Source of the DNA: Myxococcota bacterium
GTDB taxonomy: Bacteria; Myxococcota_A; UBA9160; JAFDDA01
DNA length: 64,000 nucleotides
Direction: 5' to 3'
NCBI GenBank assembly: GCA_965228475.1
Contig: OZ245817.1
Span: forward strand, 800,001 to 864,000
The first letter of the stretch is position 1. Each line of letters starts with the position of its first letter. The notes below the pieces were generated by a model. It did no database searches. It was not told where the DNA came from and saw only the letters and a list, made by a program, of their open reading frames with translations. The position numbers were made by a program, and so were the translations under genes. This document shows, piece after piece, positions 9,431 through 18,264 of the stretch.

Positions 9431-9829
9431 CTAGCCGACGCTCTCGACGTCGCCGCCCCGGGTGTGCGGTGCGGCGTCCGCGAAGCCGACCCCGCAGTGG
9501 GCGCAACGCCGGCGAAACGGGGAGGGCGCGTGGTCCGGGGCTTCCCCGAAGAAGGCCTTCGCGCAGCGCGGGCACTCGCAGGAGAGGAGCTCGCAGACCT
9601 CGTCGACGAAGTGGATCGCGGCGAGGGAGAAGAGGCCGGTCGCGGCCAGGAACAGGAACTGGAGGTCGAGCGGGTTCTCGGCCAGGGCACCGGCGCCGAG
9701 CACCAGGACCGCCGCCGAGGCGAGCAGTCCCGGCGCCTGGACGAGCAGGCTGCGGCGCTTGCGCGAGAGCCGGGCGAGTTCCTCGCGGGCGTTCGCGGCG
9801 GGCCCGAGCTCGATCGGTGCGGTCTCCAT
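9431..9829 (-). CDS. hypothetical membrane protein with C-terminal zinc-ribbon-like CxxC pairs
   Basis: Two hydrophobic segments followed by CPRC...CAHC; ATG 9829 chosen. Confidence 0.6.
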   Translation of the reverse strand: METAPIELGPAANAREELARLSRKRRSLLVQAPGLLASAAVLVLGAGALAENPLDLQFLFLAATGLFSLAAIHFVDEVCELLSCECPRCAKAFFGEAPDHAPSPFRRRCAHCGVGFADAAPHTRGGDVESVG

Positions 9830-9855
9830 GCCCTCCGGATCGGCCGCGCCGCCTT

Positions 9856-9910
9856 CCGGCTTGAATTCGGCTCGATCAGGCTTGAATTCGGCTGAATCCG
9901 GCTCGAATTC
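9856..9910. repeat. 21-bp imperfect tandem repeat, about 2.6 copies
   Basis: GGCTYGAATTC cores with GAATTC at 9863, 9884 and 9905 (period 21). Confidence 0.85.
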
Positions 9911-9920
9911 CGCCGCCGAC

Positions 9921-10370
9921 CTAGAGCGTCTTTCGGAAACAGACGATCCGCGCCGTCTCTTCGAAGCCGAGGGCGCGGTGGGCGGCGTGGCTCGCCTCGT
10001 TCGTGAGCAGCGCATCGCTCGCGATCTCGCGGAAGCCCCGCTCCCGGGCCCAGGCCTCGGCGGCGCCCATCAAGCGGGCACCGACTCCGCGCCCCCGTGC
10101 GCCCGGTTCGACCCACCAGCCCTCGACGTAGGGGACCGGGGAGCTCTCGCAGTCTTCGGCGTAGGAGCGGAGGCCCAGCTCGAGGAAGGCCTCGAGCTGC
10201 CCCGGGGCCCCCTCCGCGACGAAGACCTCGCCCCCGCGCCGCTCCCCGCCGAGGAAGGCGTCGATCGCCTCCGGATGCTCCTCGGCATCCTCGGGCCAGA
10301 GGGCCGTTCGCATCCGCAGCCACGCGGCGCGGTCCCCAGGGCCCACGGTTCGGACGTTCCCGATGGCCAT
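9921..10370 (-). CDS. GNAT acetyltransferase, aminoglycoside 6'-N-acetyltransferase AAC(6')-I-like
   Basis: WLRMRTALWP, LRSYAEDCESSPVPYVEGWWV, EIASDALLTNEASHAAHRALGFEETARIVCFRK. Confidence 0.8.
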   Translation of the reverse strand: MAIGNVRTVGPGDRAAWLRMRTALWPEDAEEHPEAIDAFLGGERRGGEVFVAEGAPGQLEAFLELGLRSYAEDCESSPVPYVEGWWVEPGARGRGVGARLMGAAEAWARERGFREIASDALLTNEASHAAHRALGFEETARIVCFRKTL

Positions 10371-10397
10371 GGGGCCTTCCTGCTAGAATGGGCAGCC

Positions 10398-10946
10398 ATG
10401 AAGCCCGAAGATTGCGTTCTGTTCAGCGGGGCCGCCAGCGGCGCCGAGGCCGCCTTCGGCGAAGCGGCCGAGCGCGCTGGCATCGACGAAGTGAACTACA
10501 CCTTCGAGGGGCACAAGGATGCGCGCACGCGCGGCCTCCGCGTGCTGACCCACGAAGAGCTCGCCCAGGGCGACGTGAGCCTCGCCTACGTCAGTAAGCT
10601 CATGCACCGCCACTACAAGGACACGCCGCTCTTCCGCAAGGTGCTCCAGAGCATCTGGCACCAGGTGAACCAGGGCCAGGAGATCTACGTCGTCGGGCGG
10701 ATCCTCGACGATGCCACAGTGAAGGGCGGCACCGGCTGGGGCGCGGAGTTCGCGAAGCTCTGCAACAAGCCGCTCTACGTGTTCGATCAGCCCAAGGCCG
10801 ATTGGTTCCACTGGGACGGCGAGGACTGGCAGCCCGGCGCCAAGCCCACCGTCACCCACCCGCACTTCACCGGAACGGGGACGCGCTTCCTCGAGGACGC
10901 CGGCCGCCAGGCCATCGACGACCTCTTCTCACGATCCTTCGGCTGA
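10398..10946 (+). CDS. conserved hypothetical protein, SLOG/MoCo-carrier-like fold
   Basis: LFSGAASGAE and KGGTGWG glycine motifs; ATG 10398. Confidence 0.65.
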   Translation: MKPEDCVLFSGAASGAEAAFGEAAERAGIDEVNYTFEGHKDARTRGLRVLTHEELAQGDVSLAYVSKLMHRHYKDTPLFRKVLQSIWHQVNQGQEIYVVGRILDDATVKGGTGWGAEFAKLCNKPLYVFDQPKADWFHWDGEDWQPGAKPTVTHPHFTGTGTRFLEDAGRQAIDDLFSRSFG

Positions 10947-11363
10947 ATCCGCGCCGCCGCGGCGCGAGGTGCGCTCCACCACGGCGTCGAGCCGTCGGTC
11001 GATCGCTTCCTTCGCGTGGGCGGTGACGCCGCCCTTCTCGACCTGCTCCGCGAGCAGGACTTCGAGCTTCTCCACGACCCGGTCGACGTTGCGATCGCTC
11101 GCGTGGGGCGAGCGCGGCTCGATGCGGTCCGCCGCGCCGAACAGATCGATGAAGCGCTCGCTGCGCCGCGCCGCGACGAGGGTCTCGTAGAAGTAGGGCC
11201 GCGGGCGGTCTCCGGAGAGGAGATCGAGCAGCGCCGCGAAGAGCGAGATCGGCGAGAGCAGCACGTCGCGCAGGGCGTCGAGGGCGAGCTTCACCTGGAA
11301 GACGAGGACGTCGCGGATCAGGTCCCAGCGCTCGGGCGCCGGAGGGGCTTCGGGTCCGGCCAT
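10929..11363 (-). CDS. hypothetical protein
   Basis: GAGGAG RBS before ATG 11363; RDVLVFQVKLALDALRDVLLSPISL looks conserved. Confidence 0.7.
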   Translation of the reverse strand: MAGPEAPPAPERWDLIRDVLVFQVKLALDALRDVLLSPISLFAALLDLLSGDRPRPYFYETLVAARRSERFIDLFGAADRIEPRSPHASDRNVDRVVEKLEVLLAEQVEKGGVTAHAKEAIDRRLDAVVERTSRRGGADSAEGS

Positions 11364-11471
11364 GGCTCCTCCTCGAGGGCGGCGGGCGTGGCCGCTCGCC
11401 GAGACTACCCCGCGGAATGCGGGGAGCGGTAGCCTTCCCTCGCGAAGCCACCCCGAGCCCGAGAGGTCCCC

Positions 11472-12359
11472 ATGCCCGAACCGTCCGAACCCGTCCGCTA
11501 CGAAGAGCGCGGCGCCATCGCCATTCTCACGATCGACCGGCCCGAGAAGCTGAACACCCTGACCGAAGGCGTGGTCCAGGGCGTGGCCGACGGGATCGAC
11601 CGGGCAACCGCCTCGCGCGAGGTGCGCGCCATCGTCCTGCGCGGCGAAGGGCGCACCTTCACCGCGGGCTACGACCTGACGGGCGGCGGCGAGGACGGCG
11701 GGAGCGGCGGCGGCTGGAAGAGCCCCTTCGACGCGCCGGGCCCGGAGCCGCGCGAGGGCGCCTGGGACCCGGTGCGCGACTACCAGTTCATGAACCGCAA
11801 CGTCGAGCGCTTCATGAAGATCTGGCACTGCCCGAAGCCGGTGATCGGCCAGATCCACGGCTTCGCCGTCGGCGGCGCCACGGACCTCGTGCTCTGCTGC
11901 GACCAGCTCTTCATGGCCGAGGACGCCTTCATCGGATACGCGCCCTCGCGCATCTTCGGCACGCCGACGACGATGCTCTGGGTCTACCGCCTCGGCCTCG
12001 AGCACGCGAAGCAGTTCCTGCTCTCGGGCAAGGCGATCGATGCGGCGACGGCCCTGCGCATCGGGCTCGTCTCGGAGGTCCACCCGGCCGAGGAGCTTCC
12101 CGCGCGCGTCGAGGAGCACGCCGAGCGCTTCCGCCACATCCCCGCCAACCAGCTCGCGCTGAACAAGCTCCTCATCAACCAGGCCTTCGAGAACATGGGC
12201 CTGCGCACGACCCAGCTCCTCGGGACCTTCTTCGACGGCGTCACGCGCCACACCGAGGAGGCCTACCGCTGGGTCGAGGCCTTCCAGGAGAAGGGCTTCC
12301 GCGAAGTCATCCGCGAACGCGACGCGCCCTTCGGGGACTACGGGGAACGGAAGCGCTAG
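11472..12359 (+). CDS. crotonase / enoyl-CoA hydratase family protein
   Basis: TIDRPEKLN, FTAGYDL, PKPVIGQIHGFAVGGA. Confidence 0.92.
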   Translation: MPEPSEPVRYEERGAIAILTIDRPEKLNTLTEGVVQGVADGIDRATASREVRAIVLRGEGRTFTAGYDLTGGGEDGGSGGGWKSPFDAPGPEPREGAWDPVRDYQFMNRNVERFMKIWHCPKPVIGQIHGFAVGGATDLVLCCDQLFMAEDAFIGYAPSRIFGTPTTMLWVYRLGLEHAKQFLLSGKAIDAATALRIGLVSEVHPAEELPARVEEHAERFRHIPANQLALNKLLINQAFENMGLRTTQLLGTFFDGVTRHTEEAYRWVEAFQEKGFREVIRERDAPFGDYGERKR

Positions 12360-13327
12360 GAGCTGGGCGCGGCGGGCCCCGGCCGGCCGCCGGTGAAGCC
12401 CGGCAGGAAGAGCTGGAAGTCGTCGACGTTCACGAAGTCGTCGCCGCTCATGTCGATGCCCTGGTTCCCGGGGTCCTGGCCGAGCACGAAGGCCGGCAGG
12501 AACAGATTGAAGTCGGCGACGTTGCAGAAGCCGTCGTTGTCGAAGTCGCAATCACACGGGTCGCCGACGCCGTCGGCGTCGCGGTCGGTCTGGTTGCCGA
12601 GGGCATCGTTCTCAGGCCCGTTCGGGACGTTCGTGCAGTTGTCGGTTGCGTCCGGGACCCCGTCGGAGTCCGCGTCGGCCATCTGGGCGGTGGGTGCGAT
12701 GGCGAAGAACTCGAGCTCCCAGACCTGGTTGAGGCCGACTGGTCCCGAAGAGGCGTTGACGCTCGCAAAGGTCCGCAGGGGCACCTGGACGGTATCGCCT
12801 GCGATGAACTCGAGAAGTGTCGAGGATGGCAAGGAGCCTCGCTCGACCTGCGGAGGGCCATTGGAGGCGAGCGCGGCAGTCCCGGCCAGGGCCGTGCTCG
12901 TGTAGTAAGCGGTCCCCGGTCCTGTGCCGATGTTGACACTTGCGCCGCTTGACGACGACTCGTTGGAGTCGGAGATCGATCGAAGCCGAAGACCCAATGT
13001 CGTAGTGGGTTGACCGAACTCAGGGACGGAGAACTCGACGACTTGGTCGCCTTCCAGGAAGACGATGCCACTTTGCATTCCCTGGATCTGAAAACGCAAC
13101 GATTGTTGTCCGAACGTCAGGCCGGCAACGCCAGATCCACCCGGAGAGTTCCAGGGGAGTGCCAAGTCTCCCGCACCGCTTGTGTCGAAGCTGTTGTTCG
13201 ACGCTGTGACCTTCAACGAAGCCCCGACAGGAGAGATATCGACGGGAACCAATTCGACGGCAACTGCCGACCCGGCGAGTACAGTCAGAAAGGGGAGGAG
13301 CAAGAAGGGTCGCGAACGGGGGTACAT
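12356..13327 (-). CDS. secreted protein with thrombospondin type-3 repeats and dockerin/EF-hand-like C-terminal module
   Basis: Signal peptide; DADSDGVPDATDNC...DRDADGVGDPCD; DFDNDGFCNVADF and DMSGDDFVNVDDF Ca-binding loops. Confidence 0.8.
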   Translation of the reverse strand: MYPRSRPFLLLPFLTVLAGSAVAVELVPVDISPVGASLKVTASNNSFDTSGAGDLALPWNSPGGSGVAGLTFGQQSLRFQIQGMQSGIVFLEGDQVVEFSVPEFGQPTTTLGLRLRSISDSNESSSSGASVNIGTGPGTAYYTSTALAGTAALASNGPPQVERGSLPSSTLLEFIAGDTVQVPLRTFASVNASSGPVGLNQVWELEFFAIAPTAQMADADSDGVPDATDNCTNVPNGPENDALGNQTDRDADGVGDPCDCDFDNDGFCNVADFNLFLPAFVLGQDPGNQGIDMSGDDFVNVDDFQLFLPGFTGGRPGPAAPSS

Positions 13328-13375
13328 CGAGTCTCCTGACCCCACCCCCGGGTCGGAGATCGTATCACGGGGCGG

Positions 13376-14131
13376 CTAGCGCTCGGCGACGAAGAGGCGG
13401 TAGCCGCAGTCGAGGGTGTCGCGCTCGAGGAGGTCGGCGTGGCGGTCGTGCCAGCGGCCGCCCTCGAGGTCGTCGCGGAGCTGGGAGATGCCGCGTGCGA
13501 CCACTTCTGGCGCGAGCTTCGCGATGCTCGAGATCGAGGCGCGCACCTCGGGGTCGAGGTAGCGCTCGGGGCGGCGCCAGTAGCAGGCGAGGAAGCCGTC
13601 GACGCAGTCCCAGGGCACGAGGATCGGTTCGACGCGCGCGCCGCCCAGGCCGCGGGTGACCTGTTCGACGGTCGGAGCGTCGGCGTCGACGTCTTCGATC
13701 TCGGGCAGGTACTCGACGAGCCAGAAGGCGTCGTGGGGCTTCGGGTCGAAGCCGAAGATGACGTTGCGGGGCGCCACCCGGCGCATCTCGGCGAGGCCGG
13801 CGTCGAGGTCGGTCCAGTGGTGGATGGTGAGGACGGCGAGCGTGGCGTCGAAGGCGTCGTCGGGGAACGGGAGGGCTTCGCCGACGCCGCGCACGGCCGC
13901 GCGCGTGCGCTGGGCGAGCATCTCACGCGAGGGCTCGACGGCGGTCACTTCGCAGCCGGCCGGTTCGTAGGAGCCCGTGCCGGCGCCGACGTTGCAGATG
14001 CGCCGGGCGCCGCCGAGGGCCGCGTCGAGCTGGGCCTGGATGCGCGGGTCGGGCCGGCGATGGCGCGCGTAGCCGCGCCCGATCTCGTCGTAGACGTCCG
14101 GGTGGGATTCGTAGGCGCCCGGCTCCGTCAC
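13376..14131 (-). CDS. class I SAM-dependent methyltransferase
   Basis: NVGAGTGSYE, AVEPS, EALPFPDDAFD, TIHHW; GTG 14131 overlaps the trxA stop. Confidence 0.9.
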   Translation of the reverse strand: MTEPGAYESHPDVYDEIGRGYARHRRPDPRIQAQLDAALGGARRICNVGAGTGSYEPAGCEVTAVEPSREMLAQRTRAAVRGVGEALPFPDDAFDATLAVLTIHHWTDLDAGLAEMRRVAPRNVIFGFDPKPHDAFWLVEYLPEIEDVDADAPTVEQVTRGLGGARVEPILVPWDCVDGFLACYWRRPERYLDPEVRASISSIAKLAPEVVARGISQLRDDLEGGRWHDRHADLLERDTLDCGYRLFVAER

Positions 14132-14451
14132 TGCGCCTGGCCGAGCAGCGCGCTGAACTCGGACTTCGGCCGCGCGCCGACGAGCTGCCCGCGGACGACC
14201 CCGCCTTGGAAGAGCAGCACGGTCGGCATGGCACGCACGGCGTAGCGGGAGGACGTCGCCATGTTCTCGGCGGCGTGGATCTTCACGATCTTGGCCTTCC
14301 CGGCGTGCTCGTCGGCGAGCTCCGAGAGGATCGGCGAGATCTGACGGCAGGCCGGGCAGTGGTCGCCCCAGAAATCGACGAGCACCGGCACGTCGCTCTC
14401 GACGACCTCGCGCTCGAAGGATTCGTCGGTCACGTCGCGCAGCTCGGCCAT
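14128..14451 (-). CDS. trxA: thioredoxin (atypical HCPAC active site)
   Basis: FEREVVESDVPVLVDFWGDHCPACRQISP...VRAMPTVLLFQGG. Confidence 0.85.
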   Translation of the reverse strand: MAELRDVTDESFEREVVESDVPVLVDFWGDHCPACRQISPILSELADEHAGKAKIVKIHAAENMATSSRYAVRAMPTVLLFQGGVVRGQLVGARPKSEFSALLGQAQ

Positions 14452-14472
14452 CGTCCGCTCCTCTCGGTGGGA

Positions 14473-15654
14473 TCAGCCGAGTGTACCGTCCGCGCGCAGG
14501 CTCGCGAGTTCGTCGTCGGCGACGCCGAGCTCGCGTAGCAGCTCTTCCGTGTGCTCGCCGAGCCCGGGGGCGGGGCGGCGCAGCGTCGAGGGCGTGGCGC
14601 CGAAGCGGACCGCCGGCCGCGGCTCGCGCATGGCGCCGGCGATGGGGTGCACCGACTCGACGATCAGCTCGTTCGCCTGCACCTGGGGGTCGTTCGGGAT
14701 GTCCTCGCGCGCGAGGATCGGGGCGCAGGGCACGCCGTTCTCCGAGAGCCGCGCGAGCCAGTGCGCCGAGCTCTCGGTGCGCAACGCTTCGGCGGTGCGT
14801 TCGAGGCGGGCATCGGCGTGCTTCACCCGCCCGGCGGGGGAGGAGAAGCGCTCGTCCTCGAGCCACTCCGGGTGGCCGACGGCGCGGCAGAGCCCCTCCC
14901 ACTCGGCGTTCGAGACCGCGCCGGCCGTGATCCAACCATCGCGCGTCTCGAAGACGAGGTCGCGCACCTCGCGCGGGCGCGAGACGCCGACGTCCTTGCC
15001 GAGGAACGTGTGCCGCGCCATGCCCTCGGGCCACATGAAGGCGACGAGTGCGTCGAGCATCGCGAGCTTCACGTGCTGGCCCTGGCCGCTGCGCTCCCGT
15101 GCGAAGAGCGCAGCGGTGATGGCCTGGGACGCGGTCAGGGCCGTGACCTTGTCCGGCACGATCAGGCGGAACATGCGCGGGCGCTCGCCGCCGCCGCGCT
15201 GGATGTCCGCGAGGCCCGAGAGCGCCTGGATCACCGGGTCGTAGACGCGCCGGCCGGCGTAGGGGCCGGTCTCGCCGAAGCCCGAGATCGAGACGTAGAC
15301 GAGGTCCGGGCGCAGCGCGCGCAGGGCCTCCTCCCCGAGGCCCATGCGCTCCGCCGTCCCCGGGCGGAAGTTCTGGACGAAGACGTCGGCGGTCGCGACG
15401 AGCCGGTGGAGCAGCGCGACGCCCGCTTCGCGCTTCAGGTCGAGGACCATCGAGCGCTTGTTCCGGTTCGTCGTCGCGAAGATCGGCGCCATGCCGCGGT
15501 GGGCGCCGCCGAGCCCGCGGGTGAGGTCTCCGGTGCCCGGCGGCTCGACCTTCACGACGTCCGCGCCCTGGTCCGCGAGGATCATCGTGGCCATCGGCCC
15601 CGAGATCATCTGCGTCGCATCGACGATCCGGATGCCCGCGAGCGCGCCGCTCAT
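14473..15654 (-). CDS. CaiB/BaiF (family III) CoA transferase
   Basis: LADQGADVVKVEPP, NRNKRS, QNFRPG, SISGFG, YDPVIQ; ATG 15654. Confidence 0.92.
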   Translation of the reverse strand: MSGALAGIRIVDATQMISGPMATMILADQGADVVKVEPPGTGDLTRGLGGAHRGMAPIFATTNRNKRSMVLDLKREAGVALLHRLVATADVFVQNFRPGTAERMGLGEEALRALRPDLVYVSISGFGETGPYAGRRVYDPVIQALSGLADIQRGGGERPRMFRLIVPDKVTALTASQAITAALFARERSGQGQHVKLAMLDALVAFMWPEGMARHTFLGKDVGVSRPREVRDLVFETRDGWITAGAVSNAEWEGLCRAVGHPEWLEDERFSSPAGRVKHADARLERTAEALRTESSAHWLARLSENGVPCAPILAREDIPNDPQVQANELIVESVHPIAGAMREPRPAVRFGATPSTLRRPAPGLGEHTEELLRELGVADDELASLRADGTLG

Positions 15655-16283
15655 GCCGGGCCTCCGGGCGTCCAGTCGATCGGGACGTGGCCGGGCAGGG
15701 AGGCGATCCGTTCGTGCCAGCGCTGGACCGCCGGGAACCGCGCGAGCTCGAAGTCGCCCTCTTCGGCGACGTGCGTGTAGGCGTAGAGCGCGACGTCGGC
15801 CAGGCTGGGTGCGCCCGCAACCAGGAAGGGCTCCGTTTCGAGCGCGCCCTCGAGGATGCCGAGGGCGCGGTGCCCGCCTTCGAGCTTCGCCCGGTACTCC
15901 TCCCCGATCTCCTCCGGAGTCCGGTGAAGTGCGTGGCGCCAGTAGCGCAGGGTGCCGATGAACGGCTCGAGGGAGTACTGCTCGAAGCCCATCCATTCGA
16001 GCATGCGCGCCCGCTCGAAGCGGTCCCTCGGAACCAGATCGCTCCCCTCGGCGAAGTAGAGGCAGATCGCGTGGGACTCGGCCAGGAAGCGGCCCGGCTC
16101 GACCTCGCAGGTGGGGATCTTGCCGTTCGGGTTCATGGCGAGGAACCCGGGCGTGCGCGATTCGCCCCGGGTGATGTCCACCGGGCAGAGATCGAAGGGG
16201 ATGCCCAGATGGTGCAGAACCCAGCGCACCTTGTAGCCGTTCCCCGACGGCAGGTAGTCGTAGAGCCGAACCCGGAAACTCAT
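15651..16283 (-). CDS. glutathione S-transferase family protein
   Basis: SGNGYKVR, NPNGKIP, LAESHAI, SLADVALYAYTH. Confidence 0.92.
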   Translation of the reverse strand: MSFRVRLYDYLPSGNGYKVRWVLHHLGIPFDLCPVDITRGESRTPGFLAMNPNGKIPTCEVEPGRFLAESHAICLYFAEGSDLVPRDRFERARMLEWMGFEQYSLEPFIGTLRYWRHALHRTPEEIGEEYRAKLEGGHRALGILEGALETEPFLVAGAPSLADVALYAYTHVAEEGDFELARFPAVQRWHERIASLPGHVPIDWTPGGPA

Positions 16284-16371
16284 GGTCCTCCGCGCGGATC
16301 GCGAGCCTGGGCCGGCATCATACTGCGGGAGGAACGGTTCGGTTATCTTGCCCCGACGATTGGGGGGACGG

Positions 16372-17238
16372 GTGTCGAGAGGTCTGCTTGCAGTCGGTGT
16401 CGTGGTGGTCCTGCTGGTCGGGGTGCCGCTCTACTACGTGGACTCGCTGGCCAAGGATGCCCTCGAGCGCGGCGCCACCGAATCCTTCGGCACGAAGACG
16501 ACGCTCGGCTCCGTACGGCTCGGCCTGCTCTCGGGGCAGGTCGGCCTCGGCAACCTGCGCGTCCGCAACCCGGAAGGGTTCGACGCGCGCAACTTCTTCG
16601 AGATCGGGAAGGGGCGCTTCTCGGTCGGCCTCGGCGACTTCCTCGAGGAAGAGGTGAAGGTCGACCAGCTCGTCCTCGAGAACCTCTCGCTTTCGCTCGA
16701 GCGGCGCGCCGGGAGCAGCAACTACGGCACCGTGCTCGAGAACATGCGCCGGCAGCCGCCGCCGGACCCCGAGAATCCGGGCAAGCGGTTCGTGATCGAC
16801 GATCTGCGCATCCAGAACGTCACCGCGAACCTCCGCTTCGAAGCCCCGGGTGGCATCGGGAAGGATCTCGAAGTGCTGATCCCCGAGATCCGCCTGCGTC
16901 AGGTCGGTTCGGACAGCGAGGGCGGCGTGATCGTCTCGCAGCTCTGGGGGACGGTGCTGCGCGCGGTGCTCGCCGCCGTCGTGCGGGGCGGGGGCGGCGT
17001 CGCCGGCTTCATCACCCAGGACCTCGCCGGGAGCCTCGGCCGGCTCGGGCACGTCCCGATCGAACTCGTCGGCGACGTGACGCGCACGGGTGCAGGGGTC
17101 GTGAAGGGCGGTGCCTCCCTGGCGAAGGAGGGCGCCGAACGCGTGCTCGAAGGGGCGGGGGACGCCGCCGGGGGCCTGATCGACGCCGGCGGGGCCGTGC
17201 GCGACGGGCTCGGGGGCCTGCTCGACCGCAAGGACTGA
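16372..17238 (+). CDS. AsmA-like / DUF748-type membrane-anchored protein
   Basis: N-terminal TM segment, LRVRNPEGF, SSNY, RFVIDDLRI; GTG 16372 after GGGGA. Confidence 0.65.
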   Translation: MSRGLLAVGVVVVLLVGVPLYYVDSLAKDALERGATESFGTKTTLGSVRLGLLSGQVGLGNLRVRNPEGFDARNFFEIGKGRFSVGLGDFLEEEVKVDQLVLENLSLSLERRAGSSNYGTVLENMRRQPPPDPENPGKRFVIDDLRIQNVTANLRFEAPGGIGKDLEVLIPEIRLRQVGSDSEGGVIVSQLWGTVLRAVLAAVVRGGGGVAGFITQDLAGSLGRLGHVPIELVGDVTRTGAGVVKGGASLAKEGAERVLEGAGDAAGGLIDAGGAVRDGLGGLLDRKD

Positions 17239-17242
17239 GGCC

Positions 17243-17749
17243 ATGTACCGGATCCGCCCGGCCACCGACGAGGACACCGAACACCTGCCCGCGATCGAGC
17301 TCGCGGCCGGGAAGGCCTTCGCCGCGACGGAGGAGGACCTCGGCGTCGAGGAGCTCGGCGATGCGGATTGGTTTCGCCGCTCCCAGCGGGAAGGGCTGCT
17401 CTTCGTCGCCGTCGACGAACGGGACGCCCCGGTGGCATTCGCCTTCTTCGAGGCTTTTCCCGAGAGCCTCCACCTCGAAGAGATCGACGTGCACCCGGAT
17501 CACGCCGGCCACCGCCTCGGCGCGCGGCTGATCGAAGCCGGGGTTCCCGCCGCCGGCGAGCGAGGCCTCACGCGCATGACGCTCACGACCTTCCGCGAGG
17601 TGCCGTGGAACGCGCCGTACTACGCGCGCCTCGGGTTTCGCGAGCTGCCGCGCGAGGCGTGGACGGCGGCGATCCGCGAGCGTGTCGCCCACGAAGCGGA
17701 GCACGGCCTCGACCCGGCGCGGCGGCTCGTGATGGTGCGCGATCTCTGA
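17243..17749 (+). CDS. GNAT family N-acetyltransferase
   Basis: HLEEIDVHPDHAGHRLG, TLTTFREVPWNAPYYARLGF. Confidence 0.9.
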   Translation: MYRIRPATDEDTEHLPAIELAAGKAFAATEEDLGVEELGDADWFRRSQREGLLFVAVDERDAPVAFAFFEAFPESLHLEEIDVHPDHAGHRLGARLIEAGVPAAGERGLTRMTLTTFREVPWNAPYYARLGFRELPREAWTAAIRERVAHEAEHGLDPARRLVMVRDL

Positions 17750-17760
17750 CCTTGGCCGGG

Positions 17761-18231
17761 TCAGTCCTCGAAGTCCTCGCGCGCGGGCAGGCGGTAGAGG
17801 AACGTGACGAGGGCGACGCCGGTGGCCAGGAGCAGCACGCGAAGCCACGTCGCTTCCGCGAAGAACACGACCGAACTCCCGAGCACGACCACGATCGAGA
17901 CGATGCCGGTCCAGCGGGGCCGTTTGCGGATGGCCCGGTGGCTCTGCCAATCGCGGATCAGGGGGCCGAAGATGCGGTTCGTCACCAGCCAGTCGTAGAA
18001 GCCTTCGGAGGAGCGTGCGAAGCAGGCCGCCGCGACCAGCAGGAACGGGGTCGTCGGAAGGATCGGCAGGGCGACGCCTGCGACCGCGAGGCCGACGAAG
18101 ATCCAGCCCAGGGCGAGCAGCACCCAGCGCAGGGGCCCGTGGACGATCTTCGGGCGTTCCGCCCCGGGAGCCCCTGCGGTCGCCCCCGGTGTCTCCCCGG
18201 AAGTCCGGTCCTGTCGCGGCCCCTGGTTCAT
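17761..18231 (-). CDS. YbaN family (DUF454) membrane protein
   Basis: LPILPTTPFLLVAAACFARSS...FGPLIRDW. Confidence 0.88.
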   Translation of the reverse strand: MNQGPRQDRTSGETPGATAGAPGAERPKIVHGPLRWVLLALGWIFVGLAVAGVALPILPTTPFLLVAAACFARSSEGFYDWLVTNRIFGPLIRDWQSHRAIRKRPRWTGIVSIVVVLGSSVVFFAEATWLRVLLLATGVALVTFLYRLPAREDFED

Positions 18232-18264
18232 CGGTGCAAAGCAGGATACAAGTTCGTTCGCACC

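Noticed and set aside
12780..13345. Mobile element or genomic island at the lower-GC patch
   Set aside because: No transposase, integrase, terminal repeats or target duplication; the shift is confined to part of one gene
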